From the NCBI GenBank assembly GCA_001766825.1, contig LYOR01000002.1, positions 129,924-193,923 of the forward strand: DNA of 64,000 nt, written 5' to 3'. The notes beneath the pieces are model-generated. The model was not told the DNA's origin. It did not search any database and worked only from the letters and a program-made list of their open reading frames with translations. The translations under genes were made by a program, and so were the position numbers. Shown piece by piece: positions 25,475 through 35,940 of the stretch (positions are counted from its first letter, which is position 1; each line of letters begins with the position of its first letter). Origin of the DNA: Candidatus Syntropharchaeum butanivorans (GTDB lineage: Archaea > Halobacteriota > Syntropharchaeia > Syntropharchaeales > Syntropharchaeaceae).

Positions 25475-26374
25475 CCCCCTCATGGTCCCGAGAAATGCAG
25501 CCTCGCTGTCATGGTATTTAAATCTGGTCAGGGCCAGGCTTTTATTTGCATTTGCATAGCAGTAGATGCAGCCATGGGGGCATGTATCATAGGCACCTAT
25601 ATCCGTGCTCTCAGCACACCCGCATCCATCTCTTGTCGGCTTTATCCGGTACACAAATCCCCCTTCCCTGTAGAAGAGCTCTTTTATAATCTCACCGTCG
25701 ATACAATGCGCCTTCCTGATCCTCGAGCTCACAAGATAATCCCCACAGCATGTAAAAAGATCGATCCCATAACAATCTGCAATCCTTGCAAGCTCATCTG
25801 CAAGCTTTATCTTTAGCCTCTTATCCGGATCAAAGACGCTTATGCCACAATCCTCTTCAAGCTTCTCAAAGCGCCTTCTCACCTTCCCATACCATACAGC
25901 ATAGCTGAAGTAGCATCGCCTCACGTACCCTTCAAGCCGGGAGGCTATATCCTCGAAGTTTTCGATGTGAAAATCATAATCTGTGATCTCAGAGATGATG
26001 ATCGGGTCGTACCTCCAGTTTATATGCTCCGGTGACCAGATCGTACTCAGCTCTTTCAGCGTATCGATCGCAGCATCCTTGCTGATAACCCTTGGCTCAA
26101 AGACGCGTGGAAGGCCTGTTATGGTAAAGTTGAAGTAGAACCTGTAGCCCATCCTCTCCATATCCTCAAGCTTCTCGATGAATGGCCGGAAGTTCTTTGA
26201 CCAGAATACAAAGCATGTAACGTCATCCGGTCTCAGGGATACGATGTACCTCTGCCCACCAAATGGATTGATATAACCTGCAAACCCCTCCTCCAGCCTC
26301 TTCATGAACCAATCTCCGTAAAAGGCAGGGATATCAGTTCTACGAGATGCCGAGATGATCCGCGCCATGAACAA
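25469..26374 (-). CDS. DUF1848-family protein
   Basis: The N-terminus is IISASRRTDIPAFYGDWFMKRL. A C-terminal Cys cluster is DGCGCAES...CPHGCIYCYAN. Confidence 0.6.
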   Translation of the reverse strand: MFMARIISASRRTDIPAFYGDWFMKRLEEGFAGYINPFGGQRYIVSLRPDDVTCFVFWSKNFRPFIEKLEDMERMGYRFYFNFTITGLPRVFEPRVISKDAAIDTLKELSTIWSPEHINWRYDPIIISEITDYDFHIENFEDIASRLEGYVRRCYFSYAVWYGKVRRRFEKLEEDCGISVFDPDKRLKIKLADELARIADCYGIDLFTCCGDYLVSSRIRKAHCIDGEIIKELFYREGGFVYRIKPTRDGCGCAESTDIGAYDTCPHGCIYCYANANKSLALTRFKYHDSEAAFLGTMRGS

Positions 26375-26453
26375 TTGATATAACCCCTGAAGATATATGA
26401 GGCTTGCCTTCCATTGGGTATCTTTATGAAGGTTGGTGTGATATTAGGGGCGG

Positions 26454-26969
26454 ATGAGGGTGATCTATACACTCCCTGAGGAGCTTCGATCCAGGCTCAA
26501 AGAACCGTTCGGGATGCTGTACAGGGGGGAGGGGCTTGAGTGCATCGAGAATATAGCCCGGGATCTTGACCTTGAGTCCTCGTTTCTGATCACAGTTGGG
26601 GATGTTGTGACACATTACGTACTGGAGTTCGGGGTGCAACCACATCTTATCATCGTTGATGACAGGACAAAGAGGGGGAGGCTCTCCCCCGAGATTACGA
26701 CAGGTAAGGGAGACTTCAGGGAGGTTGAGGTTGAAAACCCGGCCGGGGTTATAACCGAGGAGCTTGATGAGGCGATAAAGGAGGCGATAGATGGAGAGCC
26801 CCCGGTCAGGCTTTGGGTCAATGGTGAAGAGGACCTTGCCACGCTTCCTGTTATAAAGTATGCACCCATATCCTCTATCGTTCTATATGGGCAGCCTGAT
26901 GAGGGGGTGGTTGCGGTTATCGTTGATGAGAAGACCAAGGAGATGGTGGGGGAGATATATGGGGTCTGA
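26454..26969 (+). CDS. GTP-dependent dephospho-CoA kinase (archaeal DUF359 family)
   Basis: LKEPFG...ITVGDVVT...IVDDRTKR...NPAGVIT...GEEDLATLP pattern, ~170 aa. Confidence 0.65.
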   Translation: MRVIYTLPEELRSRLKEPFGMLYRGEGLECIENIARDLDLESSFLITVGDVVTHYVLEFGVQPHLIIVDDRTKRGRLSPEITTGKGDFREVEVENPAGVITEELDEAIKEAIDGEPPVRLWVNGEEDLATLPVIKYAPISSIVLYGQPDEGVVAVIVDEKTKEMVGEIYGV

Positions 26970-27972
26970 TATTGGAGCGCTATTTCAGCGTGAGGAGGTT
27001 GCACTGAGTGAGCTTCGTGGGATGAGGATCGCAATTGACGGAAACAACATGATCTACCAGTTTCTCTCCAATATAAGGCAGGCTGATGGGACACCGCTCA
27101 TGGATCGTAACGGAAAGATCACCTCCCACCTTACAGGCCTGATCTACAGGCTGACCAATCTCATCGAGATCGGGATCAGGCCGATATTTGTATTTGATGG
27201 AAAACCTCCCGCTCTCAAAGCAAGAACGATCGAGAAGCGGAGAGAGATTCGAGAGGTTGCAGAGGAGAAGTGGGAGGATGCAAAGCTCAGGGGTGATAAG
27301 GAGGCAGCGATGAAATATGCAAAGGCATCTGCAAGGATCACGCCAGAGATCATCGCAGACTCGAAGAGACTGCTTGATATAATGGGTATCCCTTACATCG
27401 ATGCCCCATCAGAGGGTGAGGCTCAGGCTGCTTTTCTGATCAAAAATGGTGATGCAGACCTTGTCGGATCCCAGGACTTTGATTCACTCCTATTTGGAGC
27501 AGATCGACTTGTTAGAAACCTTGCGATCACTGGAAAACGGAAGGTGCCAGGGAAGAAGATTTATCTCGATGTCTCACCGGAGATAATTGATCTTGAGAGG
27601 AATCTTGAGAGACTGGGGATTACACATGAGCAGCTGATTGATATCGCGATACTCGTTGGGACGGACTTCAATGAGGGTGTGAAGGGGATCGGAGCAAAGA
27701 CCGCTCTGAAGCTGATAAAGAGGGAAGGGAGAATTGAAAAGGTTTTAGAGTCACTGAACCTTGAGATAGAGGGTCTTGAGGCTGTTAAATCGATATTCAT
27801 GAGGCCTGAGGTGAGAGATGACTACACGATTGGGTGGCGTGAGATGGACGAAGAGGCGCTGCTTCACTTCCTGTGTGATCTCCATGACTTCTCAGAGGAT
27901 CGGATAAAAAAGGCAATTTCAAGGCTTAAAAGCGCTGACCAGGGCCAGATGAGGCTTGATAAATGGTTCTGA
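26959..27972 (+). CDS. fen: Flap endonuclease 1
   Basis: MGSDIGALF...IAIDGNNMIYQFLS...FVFDGKPP...APSEGEAQAA...QDFDSLLFGA. The start is moved to the ATG at 26959; the track's 5' extension overlaps the upstream gene. Confidence 0.9.
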   Translation: MGSDIGALFQREEVALSELRGMRIAIDGNNMIYQFLSNIRQADGTPLMDRNGKITSHLTGLIYRLTNLIEIGIRPIFVFDGKPPALKARTIEKRREIREVAEEKWEDAKLRGDKEAAMKYAKASARITPEIIADSKRLLDIMGIPYIDAPSEGEAQAAFLIKNGDADLVGSQDFDSLLFGADRLVRNLAITGKRKVPGKKIYLDVSPEIIDLERNLERLGITHEQLIDIAILVGTDFNEGVKGIGAKTALKLIKREGRIEKVLESLNLEIEGLEAVKSIFMRPEVRDDYTIGWREMDEEALLHFLCDLHDFSEDRIKKAISRLKSADQGQMRLDKWF

Positions 27973-28604
27973 TGATTCCACTTCTGTTTGACCTCTCAGG
28001 CAGAAAGGTTCTGATATTCGGTGGTGGAAGGGTGGGGGAGCGTAAGGCAAGACTATTCTCAAGATACGGGGATGTTGAAGTTGTAAGCAGGGGATTCACA
28101 CCTTATCTTGAAGAGATGGCAGATCGGGGTGAGATCAGACTCAGACGGGCCGACCTTGCCGATGATACAATCGATCTTCATCGACTGATGCGCGATGCTT
28201 TCATCGTAATCCCTGCAACCGATAATGAAACGATAAACTCAAGGATCATCGAGGTTGCAGAAAGATCCGGAGTGCTTGTGAACCGTACGGATGATATTCC
28301 AGGGGACGTTATCGTCCCATCCATCATAAAAAGGGGGGATATCACGGTTTCAATCTCAACAGGAGGGATAAGCCCTGCAATGAGCAAGCTACTTCGGGAG
28401 CGGCTCGAGAATGAGATCACAGAGCTTGACGCTAAGATGGTCAGACTTCAGCAGAGACTTCGGGGGATACTCAAGAAAAGCATCCCTGATCAGCGGGAAA
28501 GGGAGAGTATCCTCTGGCGTGTTCTCAGGGATCGTGAAATCTGGGATCTGCTATCAGAGGATGAGGAGAAGGCCCTCAAACTTGCCTTAGAAAAGATTAG
28601 ATGA
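27963..28604 (+). CDS. Precorrin-2 dehydrogenase / sirohydrochlorin ferrochelatase (siroheme synthase N-domain type)
   Basis: Rossmann motif VLIFGGGRVGERKA and STGGISPAMSKLLRERL. Confidence 0.75.
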   Translation: MVLMIPLLFDLSGRKVLIFGGGRVGERKARLFSRYGDVEVVSRGFTPYLEEMADRGEIRLRRADLADDTIDLHRLMRDAFIVIPATDNETINSRIIEVAERSGVLVNRTDDIPGDVIVPSIIKRGDITVSISTGGISPAMSKLLRERLENEITELDAKMVRLQQRLRGILKKSIPDQRERESILWRVLRDREIWDLLSEDEEKALKLALEKIR

Positions 28605-29791
28605 AGGGGTGGGTGATGAGAGCGCGCGAGAATGAGGGGCTATTTTTTACCGTCCTCCTCTTTTCAATCGCGATATTTCTCTTCTGCCTCGCACAGGGGG
28701 CTGTGTCTGCTGTTTATCCATCCTACCTGAAGTCGTTCGTCCTGAAAGCGCACCTTGTAGGCCTTCTTGCAGCACTTGTGTACATCATCCAGCTGCCGGT
28801 GAGTGGACCGGTAGGCGCGCTCTCTGATACAACCGGGAGAAAAAAGCTTTTGATCGTGAGTTTAAGCGCATTTGCTGGCGTTGAAGTCCTTTACTTTATC
28901 AACCATCACCTTATCGCTCTGATCCTGCTGCAGCTTTTAGTTGGTCTCCTGATGGTCACAGTCTTTGTCAGCTCAGAAGCTTTTATACGAGATATCTCTC
29001 CTCCTGAAAAGAGGGGAGAGATTAGATCCTTCTTCGGAACATGGGTTACGGCAGGATACCTGATTGGTCCCGTGATTGGGGGATGGATCGGAAATACATA
29101 CTCTATCAGGATACCGTTCCTTTTATCAGCAGCTTTCATGCTCCTCTCACTGCTTCTTCTATCAGGCCTGCGGGATGATAGAAGCCATGGGAATAAAGCG
29201 TCGATGAGAGACAGGGTATCACTCCTGGGTCCGGTCAGGCGTTTTTTCTCACTGGGTGAGGAGATATGCTATCTCTCATTGAGTGCAATCGTGCTCTACT
29301 TCTGGTATGCGACAAAGTGGATATATGCCCCTCTTTACCTGCTTCATCTCGGATATGACCTCAGCATCGTTGGGATCTGGCTCGGTGCATCACTTCTCCC
29401 GCTTATCATCTTGCAGATACCCGCAGGGATACTCGGTGATCGAATCGGGAAGGATCGGGTAATAATGGGTGGAATTATCATCTCTTCGATCTTTATAGCA
29501 CCGCTTGGGTTTATATCAAGCCTTAATGGTCTCATACTGGCCATTCTCATCATTTCATCCGGATCTGCCATGATAGAACCGCTCATAAATGCCAGGATAA
29601 CCGATATTATCCCAAAGGAGAGTTATGGTGAGTATTCGGGCGTATTTGAGGGGACAAAGATCCTGGGGTGTATCCTGGGACCGGTTGTAACAGGATTTAT
29701 CGTGGAACTTGCGGGATTCAGATACGCATTTGTGCCCTCTGCCATCCTCTTCTTCCTACTGATCATGGGAAGAGGAAGAATCCGGGCTTAA
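28601..29791 (+). CDS. MFS transporter
   Basis: ~12 TM segments. It has MFS loop motifs (GALSDTTGRKK, GILGDRIGKDR). Confidence 0.75.
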   Translation: MKGWVMRARENEGLFFTVLLFSIAIFLFCLAQGAVSAVYPSYLKSFVLKAHLVGLLAALVYIIQLPVSGPVGALSDTTGRKKLLIVSLSAFAGVEVLYFINHHLIALILLQLLVGLLMVTVFVSSEAFIRDISPPEKRGEIRSFFGTWVTAGYLIGPVIGGWIGNTYSIRIPFLLSAAFMLLSLLLLSGLRDDRSHGNKASMRDRVSLLGPVRRFFSLGEEICYLSLSAIVLYFWYATKWIYAPLYLLHLGYDLSIVGIWLGASLLPLIILQIPAGILGDRIGKDRVIMGGIIISSIFIAPLGFISSLNGLILAILIISSGSAMIEPLINARITDIIPKESYGEYSGVFEGTKILGCILGPVVTGFIVELAGFRYAFVPSAILFFLLIMGRGRIRA

Positions 29792-30343
29792 AAGCTCTTT
29801 GATCGCGGCATCTGTCAGTGCTACCCGATAGTGAAGGCCACCAGAGCTACTTTCAAGCATCCTCTCCCGGATCTCCCCACATAGCTCATCGAGTGTGACC
29901 CATCTTGCATCCTCGATCTCCCTTCTATCCTTGGGATCAAGCTCCCCTGATACCCACCGCGTTTGAAAAACATGGGATATCCAGCGCTGATGATCATCAT
30001 TTGATGTGAAACACGCCTCGACCCTGAGGAGGTATCTCACAATCTCAATCCTCAGACCGGTCTCCTCATACGCCTCCCTGATGATACCCGCCTCAATCTC
30101 CTCCCCGGGTTCAACCCCACCACTCGGTATACGATATACCCCGGGTGGATGCATCGGCTTCCTGATCACGGCAATCTTGTCTCCTTTCTCGATGATAAAT
30201 GTCACATCATGCGCCCTGTTATGGTGCATACTCTCCCGCATGAGGTTGAACTCATCCTTATCCATCTCAAACTTAAGTTTGATGACCTTTGGGACGCCAT
30301 ACTTTCTCTCAACCTCTCTGAGAATCTCATCTGTGATGTACAT
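29756..30343 (-). CDS. NUDIX hydrolase
   Basis: Nudix box GGVEPGEEIEAGIIREAYEETGL. Confidence 0.8.
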   Translation of the reverse strand: MYITDEILREVERKYGVPKVIKLKFEMDKDEFNLMRESMHHNRAHDVTFIIEKGDKIAVIRKPMHPPGVYRIPSGGVEPGEEIEAGIIREAYEETGLRIEIVRYLLRVEACFTSNDDHQRWISHVFQTRWVSGELDPKDRREIEDARWVTLDELCGEIRERMLESSSGGLHYRVALTDAAIKELLSPDSSSSHDQ

Positions 30344-30352
30344 AGTATTTCC

Positions 30353-31945
30353 TCAAACATCTCCATAGCTATACCGATCCACAACCTCGCCTTCTCCATC
30401 AAGAAGGGTTGCGATATCCCCATCGTTATTCCATATCGGAACCCTCTCGTTCATATAAAGATCGGTCGACGTATCAGCACCACCTCCAACATGCACCCTG
30501 ACCCTGTGACCCGCCTGGAGCCTGAAACCGTCGGGGAAGACGTATGTGTGATTCTTCGCATCCATGAGTACCCATCCACCCATATCTACCCCGGATGTAC
30601 CATTGTTCAGGATCTCAACCCACTCGCCATTGAGGTTCTCACGGTCATTGCCCTCTGGATCGAAGCTGATCTCAGTTATCACAACACCGGTGGTGGGGGT
30701 TGTTTGAGCTGGTACAGGGGTTGGGTGGGGCGTGGGTACAGGTGTTAGCTCAGGGGTGTAACTATACTGGTCGATGATAACCCCCTCATCATCCAGAAGC
30801 AATGCTGTATCCCCCTCGTTGTTCCAGATCGGGGTTCTGGCCCGCATGTAAAGATCAGCTGATGTATCAGCACCCTCCCCGGTATGGACCCTGACCCTGT
30901 GACCTGGTGAGAGGAGGAAACCTTCCGGGAATGTGTACGTGTGGTTCTTCCCATCCATCAGGGTCCATCCGCCCATATAAACATCCTTCTCACCGCTATT
31001 AAATATCTCAACCCACTCGCCGTTGAGGTTCTCACGGTCATTCCCTGGCGGATCATACTCAATATCCAGAATTACGATATCAATCACGGGTACAGGTGCT
31101 GGTTCAAATGCAGGAGCTGAGATCTCTGGAGTATCTGGTGAAAAAGAGTTCCACCAGTCATAATCATCCACCAAAACCCCATCGCCTGCCTCATAGTGGT
31201 ATCTGAGAAGCTCACCGAGATCCTCAAAGCTCTGCCCACCGGGTACCACTCCATGGAGAAAGTGCCCTGAAGGATCTATCACAACCGACTCTCCACCCAC
31301 CTCAGCCCCAAGCAGCAATCCTCCATCCTCGATGAACCATGCATGTATACCGTGTGACTCAAGCCACCACTCAAGATAGGCAGAGATCTCAGCCTCACTG
31401 GATGAAGAATGATAGGTTACAATATCAGACACCTCACGCTCAACCCGGTCAGGTGATCCAATCTCATTCCATTGCTCGTATGCAGGTATCGCATCAAGCG
31501 CGGCTTTAAGCCGCAGGTAACGCTCACCCGCTGATACAGTGACAGCAGAGGAGGATGTGAGCGTAAAACCATCGCCTACAACGGTAAGCGTGAGGTTGTA
31601 CCTGCCGGGGTACGGGTATCCAAGCTCAATCCTGCTTCCATTGAGGGTCCTGCCATCTCCAAGATCCCACAGGTAGGATACAACCTTACCCGGCTCTGAT
31701 ATGTAGATCTCTCCATCAAGGGTGGAGAGGGTATCGGTTGTGAGGTTGAAAGAGGGGGGTAACATGAGATATGGGGTGTTATTCCCTTCCGCTGCTATTG
31801 GAAGAGATGCAACCACCCTGCCATCTCCTGTATCACTACCGCCAGGGGCATGAACATCCCCGGGTGAGACTGCCCGGAGACATCCTGATACCAGCAGAAG
31901 GGATAAAACAACCATAAACACGATCGAGCTTACACGCCTTTCCAT
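30353..31945 (-). CDS. Secreted/lipobox protein with one PKD-like domain and two tandem lamin-tail (LTD) domains
   Basis: Signal sequence plus LLVSGC. The PKD-like stretch is YLWDLGDGRTLNG...GRYNLTLTV. Two ~110-aa LTD units (30353-30685 and ~30746-31087) share NDRENLNGEWVEI...MGGW.LMD..NHTY.FP.GF...GHRVRVH.G.GADTS.DLYM...PIWNN.GD. Confidence 0.75.
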   Translation of the reverse strand: MERRVSSIVFMVVLSLLLVSGCLRAVSPGDVHAPGGSDTGDGRVVASLPIAAEGNNTPYLMLPPSFNLTTDTLSTLDGEIYISEPGKVVSYLWDLGDGRTLNGSRIELGYPYPGRYNLTLTVVGDGFTLTSSSAVTVSAGERYLRLKAALDAIPAYEQWNEIGSPDRVEREVSDIVTYHSSSSEAEISAYLEWWLESHGIHAWFIEDGGLLLGAEVGGESVVIDPSGHFLHGVVPGGQSFEDLGELLRYHYEAGDGVLVDDYDWWNSFSPDTPEISAPAFEPAPVPVIDIVILDIEYDPPGNDRENLNGEWVEIFNSGEKDVYMGGWTLMDGKNHTYTFPEGFLLSPGHRVRVHTGEGADTSADLYMRARTPIWNNEGDTALLLDDEGVIIDQYSYTPELTPVPTPHPTPVPAQTTPTTGVVITEISFDPEGNDRENLNGEWVEILNNGTSGVDMGGWVLMDAKNHTYVFPDGFRLQAGHRVRVHVGGGADTSTDLYMNERVPIWNNDGDIATLLDGEGEVVDRYSYGDV

Positions 31946-31974
31946 AACCCAATTCTTCTTCAAATGTATTGTAT

Positions 31975-33138
31975 TTAAATCTGCTCAATACGCCTCTTCA
32001 AATGCCCGAGCATGAGAAGCGAAACAGTGGTCAGCGCAATCCCATACACGAATGTCGCCTCAGGGCTTATCCTATCCCAGAGCAGCCCCGCGATCAGACC
32101 GCCGGGAAGGGCGGAGAGACCGATCGATGTATGGAACGCACCGAGTGCGGTTGCTTTGAGCTCCTCTGGTGCAAGATCTACGACAAATGCACGCTGCATA
32201 CCATCGATCATCGCATAGCAGACCCCATACAGGATGAATATAAGAAGTAACCCCGAAAAGTTTGAGATGAGGATCAGACCCAGTGATACCAGTCCGAATA
32301 AGAGGTATCCCCCGGCGACCAGGGGCCCTCTTCCCACCCTGTCTGATAGCGCGCCGGATGGGGTTGAGAAGATGGTGTAGACGATGTAAAAGATGAGATA
32401 CAGAAAGATTGCGGTCCCATCAGAAAGCCCGATATCCTTTGCGCGAAGGAGAAGAAATGCATACCCGAAATGTCCGAGTGCAAAGATCGAGGCCGCGATG
32501 ATGTAAAGCCTCAGGTTCCATGATAACTCCCTGAAGCTTCTCTTCATCGAGAGATTATGCTCGGGTTTTGAGGATGCTCTCTGCTCCCTGATGAGAAAGA
32601 TAACAGATACCGAGACTGCGCCCGGTAGGAGCGCGAGGAGGAATATCTCCCGGTAATGAATGCCTTTCGCAAGGAGGAGAAAAGCAAGAGCTGCCCCCAT
32701 GATCGAACCCGCACCGTCCATTGTCCGGTGAAATCCGTAGGCGATCCCTCTTGAAACTTCATCTGTTGACTCAGCAACGAGCGCATCCCTTGGTGACGTT
32801 CTGAGTCCTTTTCCAACCCTTTCAATCACCCTGATGAGAAGAACAGAGATCCATCCACCTGCAAATGCGAATAACGGCTTTGTAATCGTGGATAGAGAGT
32901 ATCCAAATAGTATGAACGGCTTGCGCCGCTTTACTTTATCAGACCAGTACCCGGATACAACCTTGAGAAGTGATGCGGTCGCCTCTGCTGCACCCTCAAC
33001 AAGCCCGACAGCAGCTGCACCTGCACCGATGACACTCGTTAAAAAAAGAGGGATGAGCGGGAAGACCATCTGACTTGAGAGGTCTGTGAAGAGGCTCACA
33101 ATCCCGAGTATGATGATGTTCCTCGTGATCCCGCGCAT
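31975..33138 (-). CDS. MFS transporter
   Basis: Polytopic, with the loop motif SGYWSDKVKRRKP. Confidence 0.7.
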   Translation of the reverse strand: MRGITRNIIILGIVSLFTDLSSQMVFPLIPLFLTSVIGAGAAAVGLVEGAAEATASLLKVVSGYWSDKVKRRKPFILFGYSLSTITKPLFAFAGGWISVLLIRVIERVGKGLRTSPRDALVAESTDEVSRGIAYGFHRTMDGAGSIMGAALAFLLLAKGIHYREIFLLALLPGAVSVSVIFLIREQRASSKPEHNLSMKRSFRELSWNLRLYIIAASIFALGHFGYAFLLLRAKDIGLSDGTAIFLYLIFYIVYTIFSTPSGALSDRVGRGPLVAGGYLLFGLVSLGLILISNFSGLLLIFILYGVCYAMIDGMQRAFVVDLAPEELKATALGAFHTSIGLSALPGGLIAGLLWDRISPEATFVYGIALTTVSLLMLGHLKRRIEQI

Positions 33139-33140
33139 GG

Positions 33141-33773
33141 TCAGATCCGGGATAGATCGATCGTATCGACACCAGGACCACGAGGCCTCAGTGACCTCAG
33201 GGCTTCAAGCACCATCTCCCTGTAGTACTCAAGGTCAATGAACTGGTAGTGATCCTTTGCCCGTTCTATATCCCTCAAAGTCTTCTCATCAAGATCTCCC
33301 GGGTATTTCATCCGCTTTATCCGTTCGAGAGTTGCCCTGGCGGTATCTATCACCCAGAGGTCCCGGGTGGTTGCATCCACCGGCTCAAGATACTCTGGTC
33401 TGAGAGAAGTATATATGGTGGTGATGCCATTGACCTCCCTCTCCCTCACACTCGGTTTTCCGATCACAGCAACCCATTTTGGCACCTCAATCGATGCAAG
33501 ACGCTCCATTGCTCTTTCCTGGTACTGCCCTGCAAAGATCGTAAAGCCCCCTGTGGGATCAACGACCCTGCCTCTCCAGAACTCAAAGTCGGTCCCTATG
33601 TCCTCCTTCTCTGTCAATGTCCCGACCACAAAGAGCCTGTTACACCTCGCTGCTGTGGGAGTCAGGAGGAACCTCGGGGCCCTCTCTCCTTCCCCCTCCC
33701 TGAATACACACGTACTATCGTTGAACTCCCTTGCATACACGCGTTCTGCTACTTCACGAAGAAGATCTGCCAT
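33141..33773 (-). CDS. Conserved archaeal OB-fold protein (RPA-associated-protein-like)
   Basis: RVYAREF...LTPTAARCNRLFVVGTLTEKE...FWRGRVVDPTGGFTIFAGQYQ. Recognised from memory only. Confidence 0.4.
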   Translation of the reverse strand: MADLLREVAERVYAREFNDSTCVFREGEGERAPRFLLTPTAARCNRLFVVGTLTEKEDIGTDFEFWRGRVVDPTGGFTIFAGQYQERAMERLASIEVPKWVAVIGKPSVREREVNGITTIYTSLRPEYLEPVDATTRDLWVIDTARATLERIKRMKYPGDLDEKTLRDIERAKDHYQFIDLEYYREMVLEALRSLRPRGPGVDTIDLSRI

Positions 33774-33799
33774 GAAGTTTAACCTCTTACTTAGCCCAC

Positions 33800-34837
33800 T
33801 TAAATGACAGCAAGCACCCCACCTGTTATCGCGATATTAAGGAGTGCAAGCGGTAGAAGCCACTTCCAGCCGATATCAAGCAGCTGATCGATCCTGAACC
33901 TTGGCAGGGTCGCACGGATCCACATAATCACCCATATCACTGCAAAGGTCTTTATCCCAAACCACAGCCATGATGGAAGCAGAGGCCCATTCCACCCCCC
34001 AAGATACAGCGTTGTGATTATACCTGCTGCAACGAATAACTCGAGGTACTCTGCAAGGAAGAAGAACGAGAACTTCATCCCTGAGTACTCAAGGTTGTAC
34101 CCTGCAACGAGCTCTGACTCTGACTCCGGGAAGTCAAACGGGATCCTCCCGAGATCTGCCAGAATCCCTATGAAGAATATCACAAACCCTAAGGGCTGGA
34201 GGATGATGTAAGGCAGCCCTCTCTGTGCCTCAACGATCCCGGGAAGGCTGAATGTTCCTGCAATGAGAACCACACCGACGGCAGCAAGTACCATCGAGAC
34301 CTCATAACTTATAATCTCTGCAGCCCTTCTCAAGCCTGCAAGAACTGCATACTTGTTATTCTGTGCCCATGAAGCCATCATGATGCCCAGCGTTGGGAGT
34401 GAGGATACAGCAAGCAGGAAGACAAGCCCTACCTTGAGATCGGTCATAACAAGCGTCCTGCCGAAGGGTACCAGCGCAAGGATCACAACAACAGGTACAA
34501 ACATCACGATCGGCGCGAGGAGGAAGACCCACCTATCGATCGCCTTTGGATGGATATCCTCCTTCACAAGGAGCTTGATACCATCCGCAATCGGTTGAAG
34601 AAGCCCATGATAACCTGTTCGCATCGGACCACATCGCTGCTGGATGTCACTCAGGACCTTCCGCTCAAGCCATGTGAGGTATGCGAGTATCAGTGAGCCT
34701 GCGGTTGCAACAAGCCCCGCGATCAGGAATATCAGGAGTATCCTGAGGAGGGGCTCTGGTATGAGCACCTGAAATGTCTGATATACCCCGAGATGCTCCA
34801 GTATCCCAACGAGTGAGTCGTACATTGTCCTCGTCAT
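33800..34837 (-). CDS. nuoH: Complex I-like subunit H (NuoH/FpoH)
   Basis: LERKVLSDIQQRCGPMRTGYHGLLQPIADGIKL, polytopic. ATGA overlap with nuoD. Confidence 0.9.
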   Translation of the reverse strand: MTRTMYDSLVGILEHLGVYQTFQVLIPEPLLRILLIFLIAGLVATAGSLILAYLTWLERKVLSDIQQRCGPMRTGYHGLLQPIADGIKLLVKEDIHPKAIDRWVFLLAPIVMFVPVVVILALVPFGRTLVMTDLKVGLVFLLAVSSLPTLGIMMASWAQNNKYAVLAGLRRAAEIISYEVSMVLAAVGVVLIAGTFSLPGIVEAQRGLPYIILQPLGFVIFFIGILADLGRIPFDFPESESELVAGYNLEYSGMKFSFFFLAEYLELFVAAGIITTLYLGGWNGPLLPSWLWFGIKTFAVIWVIMWIRATLPRFRIDQLLDIGWKWLLPLALLNIAITGGVLAVI

Positions 34838-35940
34838 CTATCCATCTCCCCCAGACATATATCTATGCTACCAACCGTTGCAACAAGATCTGCAATCTTT
34901 GCATCTTTACACATCGCAGGGAGGGCAGAAAGGTTAGAGTAAGCAGGAGAGCGAATCTTGATCCTGTATGGCTTATCTGAGCCGTCACTTATAATGAGAT
35001 ATCCAACCTCCCCCTTTGACCCCTCAACCCTGGAGTAGACAACCCCTGCGGGTGGCTTTATCTTCTTGGGAACCTTTGCCATGATATCCCCTTCCGGGAT
35101 CCCATCGAGTGCCTGCTGAACGATCCTTGTACTCTGTCTCATCTCCTCCATCCTTACAAGGTAACGTGAGTAGACATCACACCCATTCTCCACAGGTATC
35201 CTGAAGTCGAACCTATCATAGACTGAATACGGCTCAATCTTTCTGATATCATAGTTAAGCCCTGATGCTCTTGCAACAGGACCTGTAACGCCATAATCTA
35301 TCGCTTCCTCCCTGCTCAATCTGCCAATTCCGACGGTTCTTGCAAGAAAGATTTCATTCTCCGTAAGAAGCGCCTCATACTCATCGATCTTCTCCGGAAA
35401 GATGTCAAGGAACCTCTGGAGCCTTTCCGCAAACCCCTCAGGCATATCCTTCGAGACCCCTCCGATTCGCATATATGAGAATGTTATCCTCGCACCGCAT
35501 ATCATCTCAAAGAGGTTCAGGATTTCCTCTCGTTCCCTGAAGCAGTAGAAGAATGGCGCCATCGCGCCGAGATCAAGCCCCCATGCAGAGAGCCAGATGA
35601 GATGTGATGCAATCCTTGAGAGCTCTGCCATCATCACCCTCAGATACTCCGCGCGCTCTGGAACCTCAATCCCGAGAAGCTCCTCGACTCCCTTCACATA
35701 CCCATGGTTGTAGATCATGCTCCCCACATAGTCAAGCCGATCTGTGTAAGGGATGAACTGGGGGTACGTCTTTGTCTCTGCGATCTTCTCAATCCCACGG
35801 TGGAGATACCCTATCACAGGGGTGATCTCCTTCACGATCTCCCCATCAAGCTTGAGCTTTAGCCTGAGGACACCATGGGTCGCAGGATGAGCAGGACCCA
35901 TGTTGATCGGTATCTCCACAACCTTCCTTATATCTGACAT
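34834..35940 (-). CDS. nuoD: Complex I-like subunit D (NuoD/FpoD)
   Basis: NMGPAHPATHGVLRL...GYLHRGIEK... Confidence 0.9.
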   Translation of the reverse strand: MSDIRKVVEIPINMGPAHPATHGVLRLKLKLDGEIVKEITPVIGYLHRGIEKIAETKTYPQFIPYTDRLDYVGSMIYNHGYVKGVEELLGIEVPERAEYLRVMMAELSRIASHLIWLSAWGLDLGAMAPFFYCFREREEILNLFEMICGARITFSYMRIGGVSKDMPEGFAERLQRFLDIFPEKIDEYEALLTENEIFLARTVGIGRLSREEAIDYGVTGPVARASGLNYDIRKIEPYSVYDRFDFRIPVENGCDVYSRYLVRMEEMRQSTRIVQQALDGIPEGDIMAKVPKKIKPPAGVVYSRVEGSKGEVGYLIISDGSDKPYRIKIRSPAYSNLSALPAMCKDAKIADLVATVGSIDICLGEMDR

